This document shows, piece by piece, positions 44,912 to 54,022 of a stretch of 64,000 nt of DNA; the first letter of the stretch is position 1; the number at the start of each line of letters is the position of its first letter. Under the pieces are notes generated by a model. The model was not told the DNA's origin and made no database searches. It worked only from the letters and a program-made list of their open reading frames with translations. The stretch comes from a virus (Duplodnaviria > Caudoviricetes), in IMG/VR virus record IMGVR_UViG_2930438282_000001, positions 17,042 through 81,041 of that record; one strand, 5' to 3'. The position numbers and the translations under genes were made by a program.

Positions 44912-45187
44912 TCAGGCGGTGGCGGTTGTGGTGAGGTCTTCGCCGTATGCGGACCGGCCGTGCGGCGAGGGCCCGGGGTCGATGTACGCCTCGATGGCGT
45001 CCCGCAGGTACGCCCCGGAGATCAGGGCGGGGTTGTTGTGGGCGTAGGCCGCGTACCAGTCGCGCTCCCACGGTTCGTGGCGCGTGCCGATCAGGTCGCT
45101 GATCCCGGCAGGCGTGAGGTGTTCGCGGACGCGGGCGATCAACCGGGCGGCTCGTTCGGTGCCGAAATCTGATGGGCGGTAGTTCAC
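44912..45187 (-). CDS. 91-aa hypothetical
   Basis: GTGA coupled. Confidence 0.55.
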   Translation of the reverse strand: MNYRPSDFGTERAARLIARVREHLTPAGISDLIGTRHEPWERDWYAAYAHNNPALISGAYLRDAIEAYIDPGPSPHGRSAYGEDLTTTATA

Positions 45188-45375
45188 CGGGCCTCCTCGG
45201 TCACGGGTCCGTGTTCGGCGACGAGGACCCGCCAGCGGATGTACCGGGCGCCGGTGCATGTCCAGCGGGCGCCGTGCTTGGTCCACCGGCGTCCGGTCCG
45301 GTCCTGTACGGCGGTGACGCCGGCGGGGGCCTGGAAGGAGCCGGGGCCGTCGGGGCGCCATGTGCGGGCGGTCAT
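45184..45375 (-). CDS. 63-aa phage protein
   Basis: VQDRTGRRW..W..L..EHGPVTE. Confidence 0.65.
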   Translation of the reverse strand: MTARTWRPDGPGSFQAPAGVTAVQDRTGRRWTKHGARWTCTGARYIRWRVLVAEHGPVTEEAR

Positions 45376-46004
45376 GTGGGCACCAGCTCGAGCGCGCGGG
45401 CGTACTGGGCGTCCAGTTCGGCGTGCGCGTCGGCCGGCCGCGGGTCCTGTTCGGCTTCGGCACGGAGGATCGGCAGCCCGGAGGCCATGGAGGCGAGCAC
45501 CTCGTCACGGGTGGCGGCGCGGCCTTCGGCGTACCAGCGGGTTTCGACGGGATCTCCCACGGTCCACAGCTGGTGGCGGGGGTGGAGCTTCCAGTCGCGG
45601 GAGACCCAGAGGAGGACGGCGCCGGGGTTGCGGCGGATCATGATGCCGTCGGGTTCCTGTGCGGCCTCGGGCAAGTTGGAGTCACGGCGCCGCATGTTCG
45701 GGGTGGTGAGGAAGGGGCATGCCTCGACGGCGTAGAGCGCGCAGTCCCGGTGTGAGGGCGGTTCGGCGGAGATCCGGTTGATGGCACACATCGGGCCGAT
45801 GACGAATGCGCCGTACGCGCCGAGATGCTCGCCGCACAGCCAGCAGACGCGGAACCGCATCGCGTCGTCGAGCTTCCCTGCGCCGACGACACGGTGGTCC
45901 GGGGCACCGTCGACCCAGGCCACGAACCACGGGACGACCCTGCCGTGTTTGTCGCGGGGCAGGCGCGCCATCCGGGAGGGCAAGGGAATGTCACTGATCT
46001 TCAT
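45372..46004 (-). CDS. Conserved Zn-binding phage protein
   Basis: VPWF..CWLCG..EPPSHRDCA..ACPFL. Confidence 0.75.
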   Translation of the reverse strand: MKISDIPLPSRMARLPRDKHGRVVPWFVAWVDGAPDHRVVGAGKLDDAMRFRVCWLCGEHLGAYGAFVIGPMCAINRISAEPPSHRDCALYAVEACPFLTTPNMRRRDSNLPEAAQEPDGIMIRRNPGAVLLWVSRDWKLHPRHQLWTVGDPVETRWYAEGRAATRDEVLASMASGLPILRAEAEQDPRPADAHAELDAQYARALELVPT

Positions 46005-46453
46005 GGGGTGCGCCTCCTGGACGGGGCCTTCGATCGGACGGGGGTGGTGATGGCGCGCTCGACGTCCCAGCCGGCCTTGAGGCGGCCGAACAGGGTGGAC
46101 TTCGGCAGGCCGGTGAGGGTGGCCCAGTCCTCGAGGAGGCGGGTTTCTCCGTTGGCGGTGAGGTGCCGGTTGTCGCGCCGGTTGCGGGCCTGTTCGGCGG
46201 CGGTGGCCCAGCGGACGTTGCCGGGCTCGTAGCCGCGCTGGTTGTCGATGCGCTCGAGGGAATGGGCCGGTGACGGGCGTGGGGGCACGTCGGCGAGGAA
46301 CTGCTCGAACGACTTGCGCCACTGAGGGCAGACGTGGATGCCGCGGCCGCCGTACCGCTCGTAGGCGTGCGCGGTGGGTGCGTGGCAGCGGCGCACCATG
46401 GTCTTCCAGAGGCTGTACAAGGGGTGCTTGGAGCGCGGTGGTTCGCAGGTCAC
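46001..46453 (-). CDS. Free-standing HNH-type homing endonuclease-like protein
   Basis: WKTMVRRC..YGGRGIHVC..SLERIDNQRGYEPGNVRWAT. Confidence 0.85.
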   Translation of the reverse strand: MTCEPPRSKHPLYSLWKTMVRRCHAPTAHAYERYGGRGIHVCPQWRKSFEQFLADVPPRPSPAHSLERIDNQRGYEPGNVRWATAAEQARNRRDNRHLTANGETRLLEDWATLTGLPKSTLFGRLKAGWDVERAITTPVRSKAPSRRRTP

Positions 46454-47037
46454 GGGGTCGCCTCTCTTCCGCAGGAGCAGATGGCACGGCCGTCGCGGGC
46501 CGTGAGGGAGCGCCACCGGTGGAATGGGCACGGCGGGACGATGCCGGGGCCGGTGGGGTGCTGGACGATCGCGCAGCGCGAGTTGTACGGGCCGCCCATG
46601 GCGCGCAGCGGCTGGACGTCGCCGCAGGCGAGGCACCGACCGGCCCGGCCGCCGGGGAGTTCCTCGAAGAGGACGCTGGAGCGGGAGCCGGGGCAGTTCT
46701 TCGGTGGGGCGATGTCCCGCGGCGTGAAGATCAGTTGCCGTCCGGGCGGCTGCTCGAGTTCCTGGCCGGCGCCCATGGCCTTGCCGTCGCACATGCCGCA
46801 CACGAGGTCCCCGTCCGGCAGCTCGTCGGTAGACAGGAAGTCGTCGCCCTGGACGTGCCCGACGCACCACAAGTGGAAGACGACGCGCTCGCCTCCCCAC
46901 CGAACACCAGACCGCGGCCGGTGCCAGCGGGACATGGCCCGCGTACGGACGAACCGCGGGCCTTCCGAGAGAGCCTCCGCTCCCTCGAGGAACCTCGCAG
47001 GCATTCCGGTGACGGGCGGCAGCAGGGCGACGCTCAC
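46450..47037 (-). CDS. Cys-rich hypothetical
   Basis: 195 aa, coupled. Confidence 0.6.
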   Translation of the reverse strand: MSVALLPPVTGMPARFLEGAEALSEGPRFVRTRAMSRWHRPRSGVRWGGERVVFHLWCVGHVQGDDFLSTDELPDGDLVCGMCDGKAMGAGQELEQPPGRQLIFTPRDIAPPKNCPGSRSSVLFEELPGGRAGRCLACGDVQPLRAMGGPYNSRCAIVQHPTGPGIVPPCPFHRWRSLTARDGRAICSCGREATP

Positions 47038-47315
47038 TCGGCACCACCGGCCCGACGGCGCTGCCCTTCTTCCTCTGTCAGGTACTGCTTTGGCTTCGGC
47101 CCGGCCTTCTTTCGCAGGCCCTGGGCGTTGCGCTCGTTCTGGTACGCGTTCTCCGCCACGCGGCACGGCTCGCACAGCGGCTCGTTGCGGTAGCGGTGCT
47201 GCCGCGCGCCCTTGTACTCGCCGTGGGCGATCGGCTTGTGCCGGCTGCCGCCGCGGGGCCTCTTCAGGCCGATGTTCTTGATGAGCTGGTCCAGTTCGGC
47301 GTCCGTCAGCGTCAC
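47034..47315 (-). CDS. Small Zn-binding basic protein
   Basis: HG..G...H....EPLCEPCR. Confidence 0.65.
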   Translation of the reverse strand: MTLTDAELDQLIKNIGLKRPRGGSRHKPIAHGEYKGARQHRYRNEPLCEPCRVAENAYQNERNAQGLRKKAGPKPKQYLTEEEGQRRRAGGAE

Positions 47316-47686
47316 AGCACGCCTCGCAGTCCGGCCGCCAGCTGCTCGTCAGTGCCGCGGTCGAAGAGGTCGTGGAAGTCGATGAAGCCAGTGGTCTCTT
47401 CGTTCTCGCGGGCCCGGGACCAGTCCGGGGTGCACAGCCAGCGGACGGCCGGCTCCTTCTCGTGCCAGGGCTGCTGCTCGGGCTGGTAGCGGAAGAGCAG
47501 CCGGGTCTGCCCGCACCCTTGGCAGACACCTTCGTGTGCTGTGCCGAGTCTGAGGAGCAGGGCCTGGCGGTCGAGTTCCGCCTGGGCGTCGGCGAAGGTC
47601 AGGCCGCACAGGCAGTCGCCGGGCTGGGCGAGGCTTCCGTGCGGAGGCTGGACGGGGAAGCTGTGTTTGCAAAGGGAGACGACCAT
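47312..47686 (-). CDS. Hypothetical
   Basis: 124 aa, RBS CAGGAG. Confidence 0.65.
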   Translation of the reverse strand: MVVSLCKHSFPVQPPHGSLAQPGDCLCGLTFADAQAELDRQALLLRLGTAHEGVCQGCGQTRLLFRYQPEQQPWHEKEPAVRWLCTPDWSRARENEETTGFIDFHDLFDRGTDEQLAAGLRGVL

Positions 47687-47730
47687 GGAGTGCTCCTGGT
47701 GGTGGGCGGCCGCTGGCGAAGGACAGGGCG

Positions 47731-47937
47731 TCAGTGGTTCGGCTTCCAGCCGCGGACTCCCTGTCGACGGAGCTGGGTGTCCGCTTCGCCAAGGAGTTGG
47801 CGTGCGCAGCCGAAGGAGCGGCTGATCTCCTTGCCGACCTGCTTGATCGTGTAGCCGGACTCGTACAGGCGGCGGGCGCGGGCGGCGAGCTGACGGCGTT
47901 CGTCGCCTTCCAAGCGCTTGGCGTACGGGGTGGGCAT
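47731..47937 (-). CDS. HTH protein
   Basis: LYESGYTIKQVGKEISRSFG. Confidence 0.75.
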   Translation of the reverse strand: MPTPYAKRLEGDERRQLAARARRLYESGYTIKQVGKEISRSFGCARQLLGEADTQLRRQGVRGWKPNH

Positions 47938-47973
47938 CGCGTGCCTCTCTGTCAACCGGGCGTACCGGAACGG

Positions 47974-48171
47974 TCAGTTGCTGCGGATGCGGGGGCTGCT
48001 GCGGGGCCGGAAGCGGACGCCGGCCTCAGCCAGAAGCCGGTGGACGGCCCCGTACGAGCGGCCAGTGCGGGCAGCGAGGCCGCGGATGCTGCTGCCGGCG
48101 CGGTACAGGTCGGCGAGCTCGTCGGCGACGGCCTGGCGGTCGGCGCCGACGAGTTTCGGGTTGCGCTGCAT
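47974..48171 (-). CDS. HTH protein, paralog of neighbour
   Basis: LYRAGSSIRGLAARTGRSYGAVHRLL. Confidence 0.8.
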   Translation of the reverse strand: MQRNPKLVGADRQAVADELADLYRAGSSIRGLAARTGRSYGAVHRLLAEAGVRFRPRSSPRIRSN

Positions 48172-48269
48172 GTGCTGCTCCAGGTCGATGGCGGCCGTCG
48201 GGCCCGGGCGGGGGAAGGCGGGCTCGGCGGCCAGGGAAGGCCGCGCGTTGGGGCACGCGGCCGGGTCGG

Positions 48270-48422
48270 TTACAGCCAGTCGTCGAGGACGAGTTCGCCG
48301 AACCAGATGAGGCAGGCGATGATCACGCCGACGCCGACCGTCCAGTACGTGTTCGCGCCGGCCGCGTAGGCGATTCCGGACCCGGCCGCCCCGAAGACAA
48401 GGCCGAGCGCGAACCGGTTCAC
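48270..48422 (-). CDS. 50-aa 2-TM membrane protein
   Basis: GTGA coupled to vWA gene. Confidence 0.6.
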   Translation of the reverse strand: MNRFALGLVFGAAGSGIAYAAGANTYWTVGVGVIIACLIWFGELVLDDWL

Positions 48423-49153
48423 CGGAGGACGCCTGCAGCGGTCGCTGCAGCGAGCCAGCCGGCGTACTCGTGAGTGATGCCGTCGTAGAGCTGCTCGTCG
48501 GTGGTGCGGTATGGGTCCCGGACGTGGAAGAAGGAGGCGTTGTCGACGGTCCGGCCGCGCAGGTCGTCGAGCTTCTCCAGGAACTTCACCCGGTCGCCGA
48601 AGCCGACGAATGCGAAGTGGAGGCCGTACCGGGACGCCTCACGAAGTGCGGCTTCCGCGTCTCGCCGAGAGTCCGGCTCTCCGTCCGTCTGGAAGATCAC
48701 CAGCCCCGGGCTTGTGTTCCCGGCGTGGAGGTCGACGACGTAGTCGATGGCCCGGGCGTAGTCCGTCGAACCCCAGGAGATGCTGGAGTGGGTGCGGTTG
48801 ATGACGCCCTGGTACGAGTCCAAGCGCACGGATTCGGCCTGGTTGACGTGAGAGCCGAAGTAGGTGAGGGGCACGATCCCGTCGTCGTCGAGGTTCGCGG
48901 ACAGGCCGAGGGCCTGCTCGGCGAGGCGCTGCACGCTGCCGTTGGCATAGAAGCCATGCATGCTGCCGGAGTGGTCGAGGACCAGGTACACAGCGGCGCG
49001 CTGACCGGTCAGCCCGTACTTGTCCAGGGACACGGCGGCGGTCTTCGTCAGGCTGACCAGCCCGGACGGGACCTTGTCCAGGCTGATTGCCGGTCCTTGG
49101 CCTGTGGGCGACGGCACGGCCACCGGGCTGGTGTCCTTACGGAAGAGACTCAT
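48419..49153 (-). CDS. vWA domain protein (TerF-like vWA)
   Basis: LVLDHSGSM MIDAS motif, GSTDY, FQTDGEP, VDNASFF. Confidence 0.88.
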   Translation of the reverse strand: MSLFRKDTSPVAVPSPTGQGPAISLDKVPSGLVSLTKTAAVSLDKYGLTGQRAAVYLVLDHSGSMHGFYANGSVQRLAEQALGLSANLDDDGIVPLTYFGSHVNQAESVRLDSYQGVINRTHSSISWGSTDYARAIDYVVDLHAGNTSPGLVIFQTDGEPDSRRDAEAALREASRYGLHFAFVGFGDRVKFLEKLDDLRGRTVDNASFFHVRDPYRTTDEQLYDGITHEYAGWLAAATAAGVLR

Positions 49154-49581
49154 GTGATCTGTGCTCCTTGAGGGTTGGCCGTGCACCGGGTGTGGTGCTC
49201 GGTCTCGATGTGCTGGGCGAAGCGCGCGACCTGGTCGCCGCTGGCGCTCTCGATGTCGCCGCAGGCCGGGCAGACGTAATCGGCCGTCGGAATGCGGATC
49301 CACTTGCCGCGGGAGTCCTGCTGGCCCGGGTCGAGACGGATCCCCGGCTGCGGCCCAGGACCATGTCCGACCGCGGCCTGAGCAGACGGGTGGGAATCGC
49401 TGGGCAGACCCGGTGTCGTCCATGTGCTGGCGGGCGGCCCAGGTCCGGGCTTCGGCTCGGGAAGGCCTTGTGCCGCCCACGGCGAATGCCCGTTACACTT
49501 CCAGCCGTTGGCGTAGAAGCGGACGCTCCCCGTGTGCTCGTCGGCCGGGACGTCGCACGGCTCCGGATCGCGGCTGCTCAT
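49150..49581 (-). CDS. Hypothetical with C-terminal C2H2-like motif
   Basis: 143 aa, coupled. Confidence 0.6.
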   Translation of the reverse strand: MSSRDPEPCDVPADEHTGSVRFYANGWKCNGHSPWAAQGLPEPKPGPGPPASTWTTPGLPSDSHPSAQAAVGHGPGPQPGIRLDPGQQDSRGKWIRIPTADYVCPACGDIESASGDQVARFAQHIETEHHTRCTANPQGAQIT

Positions 49582-49892
49582 ACCGCGACCTCGTCGTCCT
49601 CGTCGAGGAGGGCCGTGTTCCGGCGGGAGCGCCGCTTCAGCTTGCGGCGCTCCTGCTCCGTGAGGCCACCCCAGATACCGAAGGCCTCGTCGGTCTCGAG
49701 GGCCGACCGCAGGCAGTACTCGGCGACAGGGCAGCGGCGGCAGACGGCTTTGGCCTCAGCGATGATGATCAGGCACGGCCCGCTATTGCCCTTGGGGAAG
49801 AAGATCTCCCGGTCTTCCTCGCGTGCACAGGCGGCGTGGTCGCGCCAGTTTCCGTCAGGGCTGGTGGTGTCCGGGTAGACGTGGTGGCTCAC
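49578..49892 (-). CDS. whiB: WhiB-family transcriptional regulator
   Basis: WRDHAAC, FFP, CRRCPV..C, GIWGGL. Confidence 0.93.
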   Translation of the reverse strand: MSHHVYPDTTSPDGNWRDHAACAREEDREIFFPKGNSGPCLIIIAEAKAVCRRCPVAEYCLRSALETDEAFGIWGGLTEQERRKLKRRSRRNTALLDEDDEVAV

Positions 49893-50923
49893 AGCGCACC
49901 TCCGAAGATGACGGCGTAGGTCTTCTTGTTGCGGGCCCGCATGGGCTGGTCTTCGAGGTGGTCACCGGCGACGCACTTCGGCATGTCGCAGCCCGGGGCT
50001 GCGCGGCCGACCGGCTCACGCCCGTACCTCATGCGGAACGCGATCCGGTACGGCGAGACCGTCCTGGCGCAGTACTTGAGCGCTGGCGCTCCGTCGCCGC
50101 TGTGTTGTCCGGTCCACCGCACGTGGTTGCCCTCGACAGACTCGATGTGCGCGCGGAAGGCGTCCTCGACGGTCGCGTAACGCGGACGCCGGCCGCGGCT
50201 GGGTGCTGGCAAGCCGAGACTGATCCGAACAGCGGCCACCCGCTTGTTGCTGACGTGCAGCTGCGCAGCGATGTGCGTCTCGGGGAGACCCGCGTGGAGC
50301 AGCTCGGTGATATCTCGACGGATCGCTTCGCGGGCCGCGGCACGAGCAGCCGGCATCTTGGGGCCGGCCTGCTTGAGGTCGCGCTTGCACTGAGCGCAGT
50401 ACGCGCGGCCATCGGCCTCCAGTCGGCCATGGACGCTCTGATCGTGGCCTTGTGGGCACCGGTCCGGGCGCTCTCCGTAGCCGGCGAGACGCCGACGTTC
50501 TTCACGCCTGGCCATGCGTCCTGGCTCGTCCTGGACGTGGCTGGGGGCGATGCAGTGCCGCCTGCTGCAGTCGGCGATGGCGTAGCCCTCGGGGTCGCGG
50601 CCGTGTTCGATGCGGAAGGCGACTGCGGCGGCGCTGTAGTACTTCTCCTTGTACCGGAGCAGGGGGGTGTCGTTGGCCGAGCCGCGTTCGCCGGTCCACT
50701 CCATGTGGCCGTCGTCGACGAGCCGGGCGAACAGAGCCCACTTCTCCTCGAGCGAGCGTGTCTGCTCGACGGGGACGTACGGGAGCAGGCCCAGTTCGTT
50801 GCGGATGCGCCGTACGCGGGCGCGGTCGACCCGCAGTTCACGACTGACGGCGCTGCTGGACTTTCCGGTACGGATGGCCGCAACGATCTGCTCGCGGGAC
50901 GCGTTCGGCAGGGTGGGGCTCAT
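49889..50923 (-). CDS. Duplicated HTH + degenerate HNH/His-Cys DNA-binding protein
   Basis: Two repeats of HTH-..WTG..C..C..H, central CPQGH..CAQC. Confidence 0.7.
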   Translation of the reverse strand: MSPTLPNASREQIVAAIRTGKSSSAVSRELRVDRARVRRIRNELGLLPYVPVEQTRSLEEKWALFARLVDDGHMEWTGERGSANDTPLLRYKEKYYSAAAVAFRIEHGRDPEGYAIADCSRRHCIAPSHVQDEPGRMARREERRRLAGYGERPDRCPQGHDQSVHGRLEADGRAYCAQCKRDLKQAGPKMPAARAAAREAIRRDITELLHAGLPETHIAAQLHVSNKRVAAVRISLGLPAPSRGRRPRYATVEDAFRAHIESVEGNHVRWTGQHSGDGAPALKYCARTVSPYRIAFRMRYGREPVGRAAPGCDMPKCVAGDHLEDQPMRARNKKTYAVIFGGAL

Positions 50924-51792
50924 TCCTCCACCTCCACGGCGTACTCCGGGAATTCCGCAAAGGCGTGGTCGATGTATGACTTGCTGACGCCGAGGCGGTC
51001 GGCGGCGTCGCCGCGGGTGAGGCCGTTCTTCGTCATGAGCCAGTGAGCGTCCTGGGCGACGATTTCGCGGCGTGTGACGCCGTAGGACGACTCGAAATGC
51101 GGGTCGTCGATGGCCCCTGGGAACTTGTCCCAGTACCGGGGCGGCGCCCACCGTCGTTCGGCCGCCTGCCGACGGGCCCGGCTGCATGCTGCCTTGCTCA
51201 CGCCATGCTTTTGCGGATCCTTATTGCGCAGCCGCTCGTAGCCTTTGGCGACCTTCTCCGCGGTAGCAGCAAGGACGCTGTGGTTGTGCTGGGTGCGACG
51301 GACCAGATCGCCTAGGTAGCTCGGGTAGAGCCCAAGGTGCTCGGCCAGACGACGCAGCGGCCATCCCTTTGCCGCGAGGGCTTGGATGCGGCGCAGCGTC
51401 CCCGTGCCGTTCATACGGCCGGACACTGCTTGTTCTGCCGTGAGGGCGAGAATCTTCCGTGCGACCTCCGGTGAGGTGCGGTGTTTCTTCGGCCGGCTTC
51501 CGTGACCCCTGGGCAGAAACGCGCGGACTGTCCAGTCCTCCATGCCTGCCATCAGGGCGATGCGGTGGGTGGTGATCCCTTGCGCCTGGAGGCTCAGGAT
51601 GTGCCTTCGGACAGGTCCGGCGTCGATGAGGGGCGGTTCGCCTTCTTGATGCTTGCGGCGCAGTTCGCGCTGCCACACGCGGCGGCGATCGACGCATTCC
51701 GGGCGGCGGCAGTTGTAGTCGGTGTAGCAGGTGAGGTTGCGGTGGTGCGGTGCCTCGCGGACCGCTGTCAGCGGCTCGACAACGGTGCTCAT
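50920..51792 (-). CDS. Zn module + multi-HTH protein
   Basis: CYTDYNCRRPEC; several HTH-like segments. Confidence 0.7.
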   Translation of the reverse strand: MSTVVEPLTAVREAPHHRNLTCYTDYNCRRPECVDRRRVWQRELRRKHQEGEPPLIDAGPVRRHILSLQAQGITTHRIALMAGMEDWTVRAFLPRGHGSRPKKHRTSPEVARKILALTAEQAVSGRMNGTGTLRRIQALAAKGWPLRRLAEHLGLYPSYLGDLVRRTQHNHSVLAATAEKVAKGYERLRNKDPQKHGVSKAACSRARRQAAERRWAPPRYWDKFPGAIDDPHFESSYGVTRREIVAQDAHWLMTKNGLTRGDAADRLGVSKSYIDHAFAEFPEYAVEVEE

Positions 51793-52067
51793 GCCTTCTC
51801 TCCCTTCTGCTCGTCATGGGCGAGGGCGTCGAGTTCGCCTGTCTTCATGCCGGGGTGTTCGGGGACGGACCACATGAGCTCGCACTCGTCCTGGAGCGCG
51901 AGGTTGATTCCGGGTTCGGTGTCGATCACGGCAGGCGCCGGGGTCTGTTCCTCGTCGACGCGTGCCAGTTCCGCGTGCAGGGCCCGCTGGATCTGCCAGA
52001 TGAGCGCGGGCCCAGCGACGAGAGCGAGGATCGCGACGGTGGCGAGGACAGAGATCAGTACCCTCAC
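51789..52067 (-). CDS. Small membrane-anchored protein
   Basis: N-terminal TM, coupled. Confidence 0.6.
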   Translation of the reverse strand: MRVLISVLATVAILALVAGPALIWQIQRALHAELARVDEEQTPAPAVIDTEPGINLALQDECELMWSVPEHPGMKTGELDALAHDEQKGEKA

Positions 52068-52351
52068 TGGCCACCTGCCGGGGTCTCCGTGCCGCAGGTC
52101 CAGCAGGTGCGGGACCCGTCACGGTGCATGGCGTGGAACGTGGTCCGCCGGCAGCGCCCGCCGCACGGTGCGGACTCGTTCGCGACGAGCTCCCCAGCAG
52201 CGAGGAGCTCCTCCAGCACCTGCTCGTCGAGCACCTGGCGCACGGCGACCGGCTGCGTGACAGGCTCGTCCAGGAGCAGGCGCACCCGGCGCTGCCGGTG
52301 CTTCCCGTTCGGGGCGACGATCTGCCTCAGGACACGCAGAGGACGGGTCAC
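52064..52351 (-). CDS. Hypothetical with Zn ribbon
   Basis: 95 aa, CWTC. Confidence 0.6.
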   Translation of the reverse strand: MTRPLRVLRQIVAPNGKHRQRRVRLLLDEPVTQPVAVRQVLDEQVLEELLAAGELVANESAPCGGRCRRTTFHAMHRDGSRTCWTCGTETPAGGQ

Positions 52352-52701
52352 GAGTCCGTCCCCTTCTCCGGGGCCGACTCGGCCACGTCTGCGCGGGCCC
52401 GAGCGACCGCGCGGGGAGCCTGCGCGATCCGGTTCGCGGCCGCGACGGCCCGGGCCCGGTCGAAGCCCGCGCCGACCTGCGCGGCCTCCAGCTGCTCGGT
52501 GAGCGCCCGGTTCCTGCCCGCGAGACGCCGGCAGGCAGCGTCCAGGACGGCGTTCTGCTCAACCACCGTCCTGCGAGCACCGAGTTCGGCCTTCGCGGCC
52601 GTCTCGGCATTTTCGGCACGCCTACGCAGCCGATTGACCTGCTCCTTCGCAGCGGCCAGCTCGTCGTCGTAACGCCGGCGCAGGACAAAGGGCCACCTCA
52701 C
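52348..52701 (-). CDS. Coiled-coil hypothetical
   Basis: 117 aa, coupled. Confidence 0.6.
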   Translation of the reverse strand: MRWPFVLRRRYDDELAAAKEQVNRLRRRAENAETAAKAELGARRTVVEQNAVLDAACRRLAGRNRALTEQLEAAQVGAGFDRARAVAAANRIAQAPRAVARARADVAESAPEKGTDS

Positions 52702-53297
52702 TGGCCACCGCCCATCACGGCGTCGAACACGTCGCGGGCCCAGCGGGCATCGCCAAGCGCAGTGTGCGCCGCGCCCTTGGCAGGGGGCTCGACACCCACA
52801 GCGCGCGACAGGACGTGCGACGACCAGGGCAACGGGCCAGCGGCGTCGATCCCGATCTTTCCAGCGGCGAGCTGGACGATGTCGTACGGCCGGTAATGCC
52901 ACTGCGCGGAGCCGGATCCGAGGAGCTTCCGTAGGAAGCGGTCGTCAAAGCCGGGATTGGATCCGATGAGGATCGCGCCACGGAGAACGTTCAAAATCGC
53001 TCCGATGGCCTCGGCGCGGCCCATCGGAACGGGACCGTCTTCGTAGCCCGTCCACGCAGCCGCCGCATCGAGCGGCACCGCGAATCGCTCCTCATAGCGG
53101 CCGATGCGGAGAGACTCAGGGTCCGCGGTGGCCAGGTCGGGACGCACCTGCCACACGTACTCGGCATCGTCGTCCGGCGAGTGGATCGCGTCCGCCTCAC
53201 GGAGGACGACGGCGACCTCCCACGCCTCGCCAACTGCGGAGTCCAGGTGGGTGGTCTCGGTATCCACGAAGGCAATCGGGATATGGCTGAAGTTCAT
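52698..53297 (-). CDS. DEDDh 3'-5' exonuclease
   Basis: FVDTETT, NPGFD, HTALGDA. Confidence 0.85.
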   Translation of the reverse strand: MNFSHIPIAFVDTETTHLDSAVGEAWEVAVVLREADAIHSPDDDAEYVWQVRPDLATADPESLRIGRYEERFAVPLDAAAAWTGYEDGPVPMGRAEAIGAILNVLRGAILIGSNPGFDDRFLRKLLGSGSAQWHYRPYDIVQLAAGKIGIDAAGPLPWSSHVLSRAVGVEPPAKGAAHTALGDARWARDVFDAVMGGGQ

Positions 53298-54022
53298 GCA
53301 GCACCCCCACGCTGGTTCGGGATAAGCGGCCACTCCAGGTCGCAGACGACGTCCGGGTCGGTCTTGCGGAGGTACTCCTGCAGGCCGGCCTGCTGCTCTG
53401 CCCGCCACTTCTGTTGGGCGGTGAACAGCTCCGGCGGAGTGAAGGCGTTGAGGGGGCCGAACCGCGCGAACTGCTCCTCCGCGATCAGCAGAGCTGCCAG
53501 GGCATCGGCCTTCGCGGCGTGCCAGTCAGTAAGTTGCACGCGATATCGCTCGGCGGTCGGCTTCAGCTTCCGCTGGCCTTTCCCGCGGACCCGGTCTACG
53601 TAATGCCGGTCGATGACGTACGGATCGATCAGGGGCAGCGGAAGGCCACTCACTCGGTCTTCAACGGTCGGCAGACCGTGGCGGAGAAGCTCGTAGTGGA
53701 GGATCGACCAGTCGAAACTGTGGTTGAAGGCGATCAGCGGGAAGCCCCACTTGATGGCCCGGGCGAGGTTCGTGGCGATCTGGTCGAGGGCGGTCTTCGG
53801 GTCCTGGCCCTTGGCCTGCACCATGGCGTCCGTGATGCGGTGGAGTTCCGTCGCCTCGGGGGGAATCGGCACGCCCGGGTTGATCAGCCAGGAGAAGGCG
53901 TGCTCCTGGTGGTCACCGCCGCGGACGATGAACGCGGCGCTGACGATCCGGTCCTCGACCGGGTTCGTGCCGGTTGTCTCGGTGTCCCAGGCTGCCTTGC
54001 GGACTTCGGCGAAGTTACTCAC
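53294..54022 (-). CDS. DnaQ-like DEDDh 3'-5' exonuclease
   Basis: WDTETTG, FNHSFD, WHAAKADA. Confidence 0.9.
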   Translation of the reverse strand: MSNFAEVRKAAWDTETTGTNPVEDRIVSAAFIVRGGDHQEHAFSWLINPGVPIPPEATELHRITDAMVQAKGQDPKTALDQIATNLARAIKWGFPLIAFNHSFDWSILHYELLRHGLPTVEDRVSGLPLPLIDPYVIDRHYVDRVRGKGQRKLKPTAERYRVQLTDWHAAKADALAALLIAEEQFARFGPLNAFTPPELFTAQQKWRAEQQAGLQEYLRKTDPDVVCDLEWPLIPNQRGGAA

